The position numbers were made by a program, and so were the translations under genes. A DNA stretch of 64,000 bases from an uncultured virus (IMG/VR IMGVR_UViG_3300042346_000356) (lineage: Duplodnaviria > Heunggongvirae > Uroviricota > Caudoviricetes). Positions 9,078-19,948 of this stretch are shown here, piece by piece. Positions within the stretch are counted from its first letter, which is position 1. Every line of letters starts with the position of its first letter. The notes beneath the pieces are model-generated. The model was not told the DNA's origin, did no database searches, and saw only the letters and a list, made by a program, of their open reading frames with translations. The stretch lies in IMG/VR virus record IMGVR_UViG_3300042346_000356. The stretch is one strand, 5' to 3'.

Positions 9078-12000
9078 TTGGCTGATGTAAATGCAAATAT
9101 TGACGTAAATTTAAATACGCAAGAAGCGTTAGCAAATCTACGCAATTTACAGGCAGGCCTCAGCCGATTTAATCAGTCCCTAACGCAGGGCAATGTTGCT
9201 GCCATGGATGCCCAAAAGGGCCTCAACCAACAACTAATTCAGTCAATCAATGCTACTGGAAAGTTTGTTGCAAGCCAAAGAAATGTTTCGTCTAGCACAG
9301 GAGCATTTACTGAGGCACTTGAGAAAAACAAACTCTCAATGCGAGAGTATTTTAGGTTTACAGCAGCAGCAGCCACTGCAAATACTAAATCATTAAAGGG
9401 TGTCTTTGCACAAGAAAGAGACATAATTAACCGTGCTCGCAGAGACAGAGTAAAGGCTTTACAGACACAATACGTTCAACTTACAAATGCCAATGGCGAC
9501 CTTGTCAAGGTTTTGCAGGTAGTTCCAAAACACCTTCAGATGGTGAATGGCAAGTATACTGACTATGCTACAAGAGTTCAGATGGCTGCACAAAGGCAGC
9601 AATTCCTTAATCAGTTACTAAAGCAGGGATCAACACAACTCCTAAACTTTGGTAAGAACACTCAGTGGGCAGGTCGCCAGTTGATGGTTGGTCTAACTGT
9701 TCCGCTTACAATGCTTGGATCATATGCTTCCAAGGCATTTATGGAAATGGAAAAGGCTGTAATTAAATTTACCAGAGTCTATGGCGACATGACGACTAGT
9801 ATGGGTGAAACTGATGCAGCGGTAAAACAGATTCAGACACTTGCAAAAGAATTTACAAAATATGGTATTGCAGTTGTAGATACAGTTACAATGGCAGCAG
9901 ATGCTGCAGCGATGGGTCTAACTGGAAGCGCTCTTACCGCACAGGTTACAGCAGCAACAAGGCTTGCCGTTCTTGGTCAGGTAGAGCAACAGCAGGCACT
10001 AGAAACAACCATATCTTTACAAAATGCTTTTGGAATTTCCTCTGAAGAATTAGCGCACAAAATTAACTTTCTTAACGCAGTTGAGAACCAAACAGTTCTA
10101 TCTATTGAGGATTTAACTACAGCAATTCCAAAGGCTGGACCAGTTGTAAAGCAACTTGGTGGATCTGTAGAAGACCTTGCATTCTTTATGACTGCAATGA
10201 AAGAAGGTGGAATCAACGCATCAGAAGGTGCTAACGCACTTAAGTCTGGTCTTGCGTCTATGATTAACCCAGCAAAAAAGACAAGCGAATTTCTTGCTGG
10301 TCTTGGAATCAACATTAAAGGAATAGTAGATAATAATGCTGGCAATTTAAAAGGAACTGTTGTTGGACTTGCCCAGGCACTTGATACACTAGATCCACTA
10401 AACCGTGCTAGAGCAATTGAGCAACTATTTGGTAAGTTTCAGTTTTCTCGTCTATCAACATTGTTCCAAAACGTTGCAAAAGATTCTTCTCAAGCAGCCA
10501 GAGCATTAGGGTTAGCAGGAGCATCTGTTGAAGAGTTGGCAATTCTATCTGAGAGAGAACTTGGTAAAGTAGAAGATTCAGTAGGCATAAAGTTTAAGAA
10601 ATCCCTTGAAGACCTTAAACTTCAACTTATTCCAGTAGGAAAAGCATTTCTGCAAGCGATTACTCCAATTGTAAAATTTGCAGGAAAAATTCTTGAAAAG
10701 TTTAATAATCTTGGGGACGGAACAAAGAGAGTAATTACAACAATTATTGGCGTTCTAGGATTAGTTGCTCCAGCAGCCCTTATGACATTTGGTCTTGTTG
10801 CTAACGGAGTTGCAAACCTTATTAAGTTGTTTGCAATGATGAGAAATGGTATTGCAAAGTTAAACGGACAAAACAACATTCTTGGCGGAGGGTTTGATTA
10901 TCTTACTCAGGCAGAAACTGAAAACCTTGCACAGTCAAATGCACTTCACCTAACTCACAAAGATCTTATTGATACTTTTAACGTAGAAACAGGAGCAGTA
11001 AATGCTCTTGCATTAGCATATACAAATGCAGCAAGTCAAGCAAGAACTCTTGCCTCTAGTGCTCCAGGCTTGTTTAACACGGTTCCAGGTCCTGCAGGTG
11101 CTGTTTCAGGATTACCAAAAGTAAAGAAGTATGCAGAAGGAATTGTTAGCGTTCCAGGAACTGGTAACAAAGACACGGTTCCAGCAATGCTCACACCTGG
11201 TGAGGCAGTAGTTCCAGCAGGAATTGCACAAAGTCCAACTGGCAAGGCAATGCTTTCTGCACTCATGAATGATAATGTAAGAAAATATAACGGCGGAACT
11301 CTTGGGGTAAACACAAAACAAACAGCAGAAGAATTAGTTAGATTAAATAGAGAAGACTTTGTAGCAGCAGTATCAGCAATGGGTCCAAACCCTAGATCTC
11401 AGGCAGCAATTGCAAAAGAGTTAACAGAAGAATTAACTAAGGCAGCAGAAAGAGTTGGCCCAGAGTTTGCAGATAGACTTAAGTCTGCAATCGCTCAGGG
11501 CTTAGCGGAATTAGAAACTGTTACAGCAAAGGCAATTGAAAACCTTACAAAGCAAACAGACTCAGTAACACAAAGACCTTTTAGAGAACAGTATCATGCA
11601 GCATCTGCTACAAGGTTTGAAGATGAGAATTATGTATTTGGCCATGGGGCTGCTCCAAAGGCAGAGGTAACAGATCCACAAGAATTGCTAAGACTTTCAA
11701 CACAAGCACAAAGAGTAGCAGCAGATGGAACAAGAACTGACACTGGTCTATCAACTTCACTTCGGGGCGCAGCAGAAAATGGTGGTCGTGCGTATGGATT
11801 AAGTAGTTTTGGGTTTATGCTTCCTGAAGCAGCAAATAAAAGAGACGACGGTGGAAACTTTGAAATGCCAAAGGATGAGATTGCTGCTTTGTTTAATGGT
11901 CCAAATGCAGGAAAAACTCTTTCTCCTATCTACCAAGAATGGGCAAGAATACAGGGAACAACTTTAGAAGAAGTATTAAAGGATCCAGCACAATTTGCAA

Positions 12001-15000
12001 GAATGCAACAAAGCATGGAAAGTTATGGAGGAATACTTTCTGATGAAATTAGCAGACTTCCAGAAAATTTTGGAGAAGAAGAGTTTTATGCAGCAGTCGC
12101 TAGAGCAAATGATAGAATTGCTGCTGCTGATACACAGTTAAGTCAAGCAGTAGATAACCTATTAAAGACAACTACATACGCTGTATTTGATCCCAATGAT
12201 GGCAGAGGTGGTCAAGGAAATAGAATTGCAGTTCCTAAAAAGTCTGATGTTCCACTAAGGCAAGAACTTGGATTACAAGATGAAGTTGAAGTAAATGGAA
12301 AAACAGTAAAGTCTTTGCAGGGGACATACCAAAAACAAAATACTGCAAACCTAACGGTTGGATCTACTATAGATCAGGCAAGAGCAGATGGCGCTGCTTT
12401 AGGGGCAGCAGTAATTGATGGCCTCAGAGGTTCAGATGGAACTGCAGCAGGATCTCCCTCTAGGAAAGGTATTAAGGCTGGCAAGGAAGTTGCTGAAGGT
12501 TTGGCTCTTGGAATGCAAGAGGGAACTCCATCAGTCGTTTCTCAATCTGCAAGACTTGGAAATGCAGCAGTTCCTACGGCAGCAGAAACACAAGCAAGAG
12601 TTGACAGGATGGATCTTACTAATAAGGCATTCTACGATGACCTAAACACTCCAGAACTCCTTGAGCAAAGACAGATACTTAAGTCACAAGATAGACAAAG
12701 AAGAAAGCGTGGAGCAACTGCAACGGTAGACTCTATGTCCGATACCCCAGTTTCAACACAAACTACATCATTAACAGTTACATCATCAAAGAGAACAGCA
12801 GATGCTGCTGAAACATTAGCAGTTAAAACAGAAGAAGCAGCAACTGCACAGGCTCAAGTTGTGACACAGATAAAAGATGAAAGTCGTTCACGCATTAAAA
12901 TTAAAGGCAACACGATTAATATTGGTAAGGCTCGTGAAGATGCTGACAAGGCTGAAAATGAAGCAGCAATGACTAGAGCCAGAGCAGCAGCAATTGAAAA
13001 AGAACAGGCAGCACAAAAAGCAAGAAACTCTCCAACAACTATTACTGATGAGCAAGTAAAGGCTGCTAAAGAAAAAGCAAATGAAGCAGAACTAAGATAC
13101 GCTGAAGCAAAACAGAAATGGGCAGAAGCAGAAATTGCTAATGCAGAACAAGATTCTTCACAAGATCCAGTCAAAGCAGCAACAGATGTTAAAAAGGATC
13201 AGCAAATTATTTCTAATGGAACACAAGATCAAGGCGATGGCCTCAGACGTATTGTTGAAGGAACAAATGATACAGCAGAATCTACAACCTTAGTTGCAGA
13301 CAAGACTGATGAACTAGTAGATGCAACATCTGAAACTGTAGATGCACAAACAACCCATGCAGACAATGTTGTTACAAGTAGTGAACTAGCAAATGCAACA
13401 TCTAATAATTTAGAAAATGTAGTTAATGCAACACAGCAGACTGGAATTTCTCAAGAAGATATAGCAAATTCATCAGAAGAGATATCTCAAACCAATGATA
13501 AGATTTCAAAAGAAAAAAGAGAAGCACTTAGACTTGAAGAAGAGGCCAACAGAAAGAAGAGAGCAGAACTTGGTCAGCCACCTTTAAATGGTCCAATACC
13601 GCCAGGAAGTCAGGCTGGTAATAAAATTCCTTCAACCTATGTTGATATTGACAAAGCACTTGCAGAGGCATATGGAACAGATACAACACAGGGATTTACC
13701 CAAAATAAAAAAGGACAGATTATCCTTGATCCAGAAACTGGACAACCAACAACTCTTAGTGAAAAACAAGTTCTTAAGAAGAAGCGTGGAATGCGTAGAG
13801 AAAAGGCTAGTAAGTTTTCTGGAAAAGCAGCAGGTGCTCTTGGTATGGCGACAATGGTTGCAGGTGCAGTTGGTGCACCACCAGCAGTAACTGGCGCTCT
13901 TGGAACCGCAGCAGGTCTTGCACAAATGGCCCCAATGCTTGCTGGCATGGGTCCAGTTGGATGGATTACAGCAGCAATTATAGCAGTTGGTTCTGGACTG
14001 GCTTTATTAAATAAAAGACTTCAAGCATCGTATGCTGCACAAGCAAAATTTGTTCGTGAGACATCTGCTTCAACGCAAAAGATGAAAGAAATTGGAATGA
14101 TAACTGGCAAGGTTGGATCATCTGAATTGATGGAGCGTAAGAGGTCCAGTGGAACTACAAGAGATTACATAGTTAGAGAAAGAAAAGGTTCAGACTTTGG
14201 CGATACCTTCATGCAGTCTGAAGTTGGAAAAAAGATGGGCAAAACACTTCAAGAAAACATTAAAAAGTCTGGTGGAAAAGAAGCAGCACAAGTATTTGCA
14301 ACAGAACTTGCAGCATATGTCCAAGATGGAGTATTAAGCGCAGAGCAAGCACAAAGCATTGCTTATCAGATTGGTGTTAACTTTAAGGACACATCCCTTG
14401 GCATAAAAGTCGATGCATCACTTGCAGCACTTATTGGACCTAATGGAGAAGATCTTACAAAAGATCCTCTTATAGTAGCACTAAGACTAAATACATCAGC
14501 ACAAGGAAAATCAGAAAAGTATTTAGCAGATATGCAAAATGCTATGTATAACGGTAAATCAGGTGCAGTAGAGGCAGCAGGATTAGCAGCATCAGACGCA
14601 GTCGCAGTTCAAACGGCACAAATGCAAGCAGATGCAATTGCCAGAAGGTATGACGATGAAATCAGAACCTTAGAGGCTCAACTTGCACAGACTACAAATA
14701 AAAAGCAACAGATTAAACTTGAAGGTGAGTTAACTGCATTAAAAACAAAGGCAGCAGATGCAGAATTACAAATGAACAATCTTATTGCCAATGCAACAGA
14801 TAATGCAATGAAAAGGTTTAATGAACAAATACAGTATCAAAATGTGTTTATGGATGCAGCAACTCTTGGTTTATATAAACTTTTTGGTGGTGGAAATCAA
14901 AGAGAAGCAGCATACACTCAATCTCTTAATGCAGCGGTAACCGATAAGTATGCAAATACAGAGCAAGCAACACAAGCCACAACAGTTTCGGACAGACTTT

Positions 15001-18000
15001 CAAAGTTTGCCGACGGTAAGACTCTGGGCTTTGGAACAAATAATTATGAAGACGCAGGCTTTGAGAGTGGTAAAGAAGCGCAGTCTTTTGAGATAAAAAT
15101 GAAACTATTGATGGCAAATGGAACTCTTACTCCAAACCAAACAACAGCAATGCTTGATTTATTTGAAGGAAGTCTTCCACAATTAGAAACAGTCTTAAAT
15201 ATTGGAACCAGAATGCATGGCGCTGCTGGCACTACTGAGTTTATGATGCTACTAACAAACTTTCAAGATAAAGAATACGCACAGCAGATAGCACTTGAAG
15301 TAACAACACAGGATAACGATTCATTTAAGAAATTGTCAGACTTGTTTGGTCTTGCATCTTGGCTAGATGGAAAAGAAATTAATATGGAGGTTGTTGTTAA
15401 AGAAATGGGTGGAGTTTCTGGAATGCAATACTACATTGACAGACTGGACGAACTTGAGGTTAAGATTAAGGACCTTAAGGGTGGAGAAGTAACTCTAGAT
15501 GTCGTAACTCAATTTACAAATGATACAAGTGTAAAGGTTGATCAGGGATTCTTAGATTATATAAATAAAGAGTTTAAGGGAGATGCTAAAAAACAATCAG
15601 ATGCAATAAGGACATACACAATGGTTTACAACCAGATCATGTCTATGGACTATGCAAGTCAAGAAGCAAGAAATTACTTTGAGGCACAAGCAAATCAAAT
15701 AGCGGTTGATAAATTAAATGAACTTAGAAAAGCGGGAAATGCTCCAGCAGACATTAATACTTATATTGTTCAGCAGACCAAACTTGAAATTGATGCATTG
15801 ATTACAAAGGTAAAGGTAGATCCTACTGCTGTAGCCTCTGCAAAAACTCAGATTGCATTAGGAACTCTTCCAGTAATTGATCCAAATGCAGCAGGCGCTG
15901 TAAAGACTCCAACTGGAGGCAAAGCAGATAATCCATTAGACTTCTTGGATGCTCTTGGAATGCGTATTAAGATGATCAGAGATCAATCATTTAAAGCAAC
16001 TAAGTCAATTGAGTCTATGCTTGCAGCGTTTAGAAGTAAGGCTGCACAAAAAGATGCTTCCAATATGTTTACTTTGTTTGACGGCTTGCAACAAAGACTT
16101 ATTGCTTTAAAGGCACCAAAAGAGTTTAGAGATTATATTGCAGGGCTTGACGCAAAGGGATTAGAGGCATTAAAAAATAAAGATGCTGACCCAACTAAAA
16201 AGGGTAATCAGTCAATGTTTACCTATGAAACTAAAAAAGTTAAAGGTAAGACCGTTGTTGATAAAAGTAGAATTGCTGGTTTCTCTGAAGCAGGAAAAGC
16301 ATTTATGGCAGCATACAATGAGGCTCCCCTAGCAGAGTTTAATGTTGAACAAGCAGAAGCAATTCAAAATACAAATAATCAGTATAAGGCTTTTGCAATG
16401 CTTAAGGCTGGAGGAGTAGACACTGCAAAGGCTTTAGATGCTGTGTCTAATGCAGCAGTTGCTGCAGCCCTAACCTCTGGCTTACTTGCAAAAACAGACT
16501 TAAAGAAGTATATTGAAGATATAAAAACTTCCAATGCTGCATTACAAAAACAAGCAGTAATTAATGACCTACTAGCAAAAAATTCAGCAATGGAGTTTGC
16601 TGCAGGCACTATGCCAAAACTTGCTTCTGCACTAAAGGTTGCTGGATACTCTGTTGAACAAATTGCAACAGTGTTAGAAGATCCAAACCTTGCAAAAGAA
16701 TTAATGGATGATCTTGCAGATGGAAAGATTGACTCAAAGGCAATCTCAGATTATTTAAATAATATCAAGGGTCAAAAGATTGTTGAGATTAAGGGTAAGT
16801 TTAATGCTGGCGACTTTGCAGCAGCAGCAGCACCTGGTATGGAACTTGTTAACAGAATGTTTGCTGTTCAAGAACAACTTATCAGAACTGGTGTGGATGC
16901 TAGATCTACAGCAATGGTTAAGAGATTAAAGGATAATAAAGCAGCCAATGAAAAGGCTCAGTTAGATATTCAGAATATAACATTTAATCAGATTAGACCA
17001 ATTCAAAAAACAATTGAAGACATGCAACGAAAGATGGAACTTGAGATTATTCGTGTTATTGAAGCATATCAGGAAGAAATCAGCGACATGCAAAGAGTTA
17101 TTGAACTTGCATTCGAAAGACCGATTCAAAAGATTAATGAACAGAATGCACAATTAACTCACGACCTCGATGTAATGAATCATGCTGCAGAGCAGATCAA
17201 TAAGAGTTATGATGATCAGGCTACAGCACTTTCTAAGGTAGCAGAAGTTAATGCTCAAATTGTTAATCAGCAAAAGCAGCAGTTAGGTCTTGCGGACGCT
17301 CTATCACAAGGTGACATTGCAGCAGCAGCCCGTGCAGCGCAAGAAATGAGAGCATCTCAGGCAGATACAAATGCAGAGAATGCATCAAAGGCTTTAGAAC
17401 AATCTAGACAAAACGAACTTAATAGCCTTAGAGGAGAAAAGTCTGGACTAACAAGAGATGAGATTTTAGAAAAGCAATATCAGAATGCTCAAAAGATATA
17501 TGAACTTGAAAACACAGCAACTACCAAGGTTGGCAATGAAATGCTTACAAGGCTACAACTCCTCGACAGAATTCAGACAAAGCAAGATGATATATATGCC
17601 TTAGAAGAAAAAAGAGAGGCAGCGCAACTTGCTATTCGTGCAAAAGAAGACGAGATTTATAATATAAATAAAAAGCAAATAGAACCTTTGCAAGATGGAA
17701 TAGATGCAAGAAATAACCAAATTGCAAATGACGAATACTCTATGCAACAACTTGTTGATAATATTAGAGTTCAAGGTCAGACTAGAGATCACTGGGATGC
17801 AGTCGCAGCAAAGATTGAGGCATCTTCAGTCGCAGGACAAGACTTTGATAACCTTATGGGATCAATGCTTGCTTCAGTTCAAAAAATTGAAGATGGTTGG
17901 TCAAAGATTAATGAAACTATTGGATTAAATGCTAATGGTGTTACCATGGGTGCTGCAGCAGTTAAAAAGGCTATACTTGAAGAGTCTGCTGCCCTTGACA

Positions 18001-19283
18001 AGGCTGCAAAAGAAGAAGCAGATAGAGCAGCAGCAAAACAAGCAGCAGCCCTTGCAGATTACGAAGCCAAGAAAAAAATCTATGATGCTGAAATGGAAGC
18101 AATAAAAGCATTAAGAGCAGCAGGGGATAATGGAGTTGCTAATGCACGAGCATCAGCGCTTGGTGCTGGACCAGTCAAGCCAAACTTTGATCCTACTGAA
18201 GCAGCGGACAATCCAAATGTTTCTTACAATAATACATCTGTTAATACCGCAGATCAATACAGAAAAGATAATCTTAAGGGTGTAAAACCATCAACATCCA
18301 ACGGCACATCATCAGGCGGTGGCTCAGGTGGCTCTGGTGGCGGTGGCGGTGGCGATCAAAACACTAAGCCAGTATGGAAACCAGCAACATATACTAAGGA
18401 TTCAAAAAAGCCAGTTTTGGCAGACTACACTAAAAAATATGGAGCCGATGAGGGTAAGAGAGCATACTATGCTGATGCAGCCGCCTGGTCAAAAGCAACA
18501 GGAAAATCTTCTGGAATTAAATTTACTCCAACAACATATACAAAGAATTCAAAAAAACCAGTTATGGAAGATTATGAAAAATATGATGTTGATAGAAATA
18601 AAAATTATTACGTAGATCTTGCTGCATGGGAAAAAGCAACAACTGGAAAAGTTACGCCTTCAATTACTGCAGCAAAAGATCCAGCAAATGCAGGAGAAGA
18701 TCCAAGAAACTATAGCATGAAAAAACCTTTGGGGTCATACCAAAATCCATGGCAGTTAATTGCCAATAGGTCACTATCCAAGGAAGAACAAGAGACAAAG
18801 ATGCTCGTTATTGATAAGCCAGATACTATAAATGACCCAAATGACTATGTGACTAATGGCATTTTAAATAAACATGGACTAGCCATGATCGGGATGCAGA
18901 TGAACACTTCCTACAATCCAGACAAGAAGAGGGAGGGAACGCACGTTAGATATGGAAACTACATATATAAACTTATTAGTGGAAGACTAAACAAACTTGC
19001 TTCTGGTGGAATGGTTATGCAAAACATTCCTTCATTTGGAACAGACACAGTCCCCGCCATTCTTAGTCCAGGAGAATTTGTAATGAGCAAATATGCTGTT
19101 AATGCTCACGGAGCAGATAATATGAGAGCCATTAATAATGGCACAGCAATTGGCGAATCAGTGTATAATTATAACCTAAGCGTTAATGTAAAATCTGATG
19201 CAAATCCTGACGACATTGCAAGAGTCGTTATGGCACAAATCAGGGGTATTGACTCACAAAGAGTTAGGGGAAATAGACTATAA
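9078..19283 (+). CDS. Tape measure protein (3401 aa)
   Basis: TP901-like core, Ala-rich helices, two DTVPAxLxPGE motifs, position; TTG start after GAGGG. Confidence 0.93.
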   Translation: MADVNANIDVNLNTQEALANLRNLQAGLSRFNQSLTQGNVAAMDAQKGLNQQLIQSINATGKFVASQRNVSSSTGAFTEALEKNKLSMREYFRFTAAAATANTKSLKGVFAQERDIINRARRDRVKALQTQYVQLTNANGDLVKVLQVVPKHLQMVNGKYTDYATRVQMAAQRQQFLNQLLKQGSTQLLNFGKNTQWAGRQLMVGLTVPLTMLGSYASKAFMEMEKAVIKFTRVYGDMTTSMGETDAAVKQIQTLAKEFTKYGIAVVDTVTMAADAAAMGLTGSALTAQVTAATRLAVLGQVEQQQALETTISLQNAFGISSEELAHKINFLNAVENQTVLSIEDLTTAIPKAGPVVKQLGGSVEDLAFFMTAMKEGGINASEGANALKSGLASMINPAKKTSEFLAGLGINIKGIVDNNAGNLKGTVVGLAQALDTLDPLNRARAIEQLFGKFQFSRLSTLFQNVAKDSSQAARALGLAGASVEELAILSERELGKVEDSVGIKFKKSLEDLKLQLIPVGKAFLQAITPIVKFAGKILEKFNNLGDGTKRVITTIIGVLGLVAPAALMTFGLVANGVANLIKLFAMMRNGIAKLNGQNNILGGGFDYLTQAETENLAQSNALHLTHKDLIDTFNVETGAVNALALAYTNAASQARTLASSAPGLFNTVPGPAGAVSGLPKVKKYAEGIVSVPGTGNKDTVPAMLTPGEAVVPAGIAQSPTGKAMLSALMNDNVRKYNGGTLGVNTKQTAEELVRLNREDFVAAVSAMGPNPRSQAAIAKELTEELTKAAERVGPEFADRLKSAIAQGLAELETVTAKAIENLTKQTDSVTQRPFREQYHAASATRFEDENYVFGHGAAPKAEVTDPQELLRLSTQAQRVAADGTRTDTGLSTSLRGAAENGGRAYGLSSFGFMLPEAANKRDDGGNFEMPKDEIAALFNGPNAGKTLSPIYQEWARIQGTTLEEVLKDPAQFARMQQSMESYGGILSDEISRLPENFGEEEFYAAVARANDRIAAADTQLSQAVDNLLKTTTYAVFDPNDGRGGQGNRIAVPKKSDVPLRQELGLQDEVEVNGKTVKSLQGTYQKQNTANLTVGSTIDQARADGAALGAAVIDGLRGSDGTAAGSPSRKGIKAGKEVAEGLALGMQEGTPSVVSQSARLGNAAVPTAAETQARVDRMDLTNKAFYDDLNTPELLEQRQILKSQDRQRRKRGATATVDSMSDTPVSTQTTSLTVTSSKRTADAAETLAVKTEEAATAQAQVVTQIKDESRSRIKIKGNTINIGKAREDADKAENEAAMTRARAAAIEKEQAAQKARNSPTTITDEQVKAAKEKANEAELRYAEAKQKWAEAEIANAEQDSSQDPVKAATDVKKDQQIISNGTQDQGDGLRRIVEGTNDTAESTTLVADKTDELVDATSETVDAQTTHADNVVTSSELANATSNNLENVVNATQQTGISQEDIANSSEEISQTNDKISKEKREALRLEEEANRKKRAELGQPPLNGPIPPGSQAGNKIPSTYVDIDKALAEAYGTDTTQGFTQNKKGQIILDPETGQPTTLSEKQVLKKKRGMRREKASKFSGKAAGALGMATMVAGAVGAPPAVTGALGTAAGLAQMAPMLAGMGPVGWITAAIIAVGSGLALLNKRLQASYAAQAKFVRETSASTQKMKEIGMITGKVGSSELMERKRSSGTTRDYIVRERKGSDFGDTFMQSEVGKKMGKTLQENIKKSGGKEAAQVFATELAAYVQDGVLSAEQAQSIAYQIGVNFKDTSLGIKVDASLAALIGPNGEDLTKDPLIVALRLNTSAQGKSEKYLADMQNAMYNGKSGAVEAAGLAASDAVAVQTAQMQADAIARRYDDEIRTLEAQLAQTTNKKQQIKLEGELTALKTKAADAELQMNNLIANATDNAMKRFNEQIQYQNVFMDAATLGLYKLFGGGNQREAAYTQSLNAAVTDKYANTEQATQATTVSDRLSKFADGKTLGFGTNNYEDAGFESGKEAQSFEIKMKLLMANGTLTPNQTTAMLDLFEGSLPQLETVLNIGTRMHGAAGTTEFMMLLTNFQDKEYAQQIALEVTTQDNDSFKKLSDLFGLASWLDGKEINMEVVVKEMGGVSGMQYYIDRLDELEVKIKDLKGGEVTLDVVTQFTNDTSVKVDQGFLDYINKEFKGDAKKQSDAIRTYTMVYNQIMSMDYASQEARNYFEAQANQIAVDKLNELRKAGNAPADINTYIVQQTKLEIDALITKVKVDPTAVASAKTQIALGTLPVIDPNAAGAVKTPTGGKADNPLDFLDALGMRIKMIRDQSFKATKSIESMLAAFRSKAAQKDASNMFTLFDGLQQRLIALKAPKEFRDYIAGLDAKGLEALKNKDADPTKKGNQSMFTYETKKVKGKTVVDKSRIAGFSEAGKAFMAAYNEAPLAEFNVEQAEAIQNTNNQYKAFAMLKAGGVDTAKALDAVSNAAVAAALTSGLLAKTDLKKYIEDIKTSNAALQKQAVINDLLAKNSAMEFAAGTMPKLASALKVAGYSVEQIATVLEDPNLAKELMDDLADGKIDSKAISDYLNNIKGQKIVEIKGKFNAGDFAAAAAPGMELVNRMFAVQEQLIRTGVDARSTAMVKRLKDNKAANEKAQLDIQNITFNQIRPIQKTIEDMQRKMELEIIRVIEAYQEEISDMQRVIELAFERPIQKINEQNAQLTHDLDVMNHAAEQINKSYDDQATALSKVAEVNAQIVNQQKQQLGLADALSQGDIAAAARAAQEMRASQADTNAENASKALEQSRQNELNSLRGEKSGLTRDEILEKQYQNAQKIYELENTATTKVGNEMLTRLQLLDRIQTKQDDIYALEEKREAAQLAIRAKEDEIYNINKKQIEPLQDGIDARNNQIANDEYSMQQLVDNIRVQGQTRDHWDAVAAKIEASSVAGQDFDNLMGSMLASVQKIEDGWSKINETIGLNANGVTMGAAAVKKAILEESAALDKAAKEEADRAAAKQAAALADYEAKKKIYDAEMEAIKALRAAGDNGVANARASALGAGPVKPNFDPTEAADNPNVSYNNTSVNTADQYRKDNLKGVKPSTSNGTSSGGGSGGSGGGGGGDQNTKPVWKPATYTKDSKKPVLADYTKKYGADEGKRAYYADAAAWSKATGKSSGIKFTPTTYTKNSKKPVMEDYEKYDVDRNKNYYVDLAAWEKATTGKVTPSITAAKDPANAGEDPRNYSMKKPLGSYQNPWQLIANRSLSKEEQETKMLVIDKPDTINDPNDYVTNGILNKHGLAMIGMQMNTSYNPDKKREGTHVRYGNYIYKLISGRLNKLASGGMVMQNIPSFGTDTVPAILSPGEFVMSKYAVNAHGADNMRAINNGTAIGESVYNYNLSVNVKSDANPDDIARVVMAQIRGIDSQRVRGNRL

Positions 19284-19948
19284 TGGCTACAGCAAACTAT
19301 ATGGCAGGTCGTAAAAAGTATACAAGACCACAGGCTATACTATTTTCTGAAAACTCAGGAACACTTGTAGCAGCCCCAACACAGTCTAATCCAGACTATA
19401 AGGTTTATATTCCAAATGGCTACGAGATAAATGCTGATCCTGGCTCTGAAACTAGTCCATCCATGCTAGACCAATTTCTTATTCTTTCAGACGACAATAG
19501 ATCGCCAATTGATATTTCTACAACCAGAATTGAAAAACGGGAAAGAATGATCAATGGCCGTATGAGATCATACCATATTGCAGATAAGTTGACAATCTCA
19601 ACATCATGGGAAATGCTACCATCAAGATCACATTACTTTAATCCTGAATTTGGTAGCGATGGAAAGCCAAAAGAAATAATTACCCCATCTCTACAATATA
19701 CAACTGATGGCGGTGCAGGTGGAGTAGAACTTTTAGATTGGTATGAAAATCATATCGGCTCATTTTGGGTATACCTTGCTTACGATAAGTATTCTAATTT
19801 TGGCAAAGATGATAATGCCTACGCACATTTGAATCAATACAATCAGGTAGTAGAGATGTTTATTTCAGATTTTAAATACACTGTTGTAAAGCGTGGAGCA
19901 AGCAATCATGACTTTTGGAATATAAATATAACTCTGGAAGAAGTATAA
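19283..19948 (+). CDS. Distal tail protein (putative)
   Basis: Follows the tape measure gene; ends in ITLEEV. Confidence 0.6.
   Translation: MATANYMAGRKKYTRPQAILFSENSGTLVAAPTQSNPDYKVYIPNGYEINADPGSETSPSMLDQFLILSDDNRSPIDISTTRIEKRERMINGRMRSYHIADKLTISTSWEMLPSRSHYFNPEFGSDGKPKEIITPSLQYTTDGGAGGVELLDWYENHIGSFWVYLAYDKYSNFGKDDNAYAHLNQYNQVVEMFISDFKYTVVKRGASNHDFWNINITLEEV

Noticed and set aside
9040..9078. Possible frameshift at TTTAAAAAA after the short chaperone gene
   Set aside because: Stops follow in all three frames, including an in-frame TGA just before the tape measure start, so no extended product is possible
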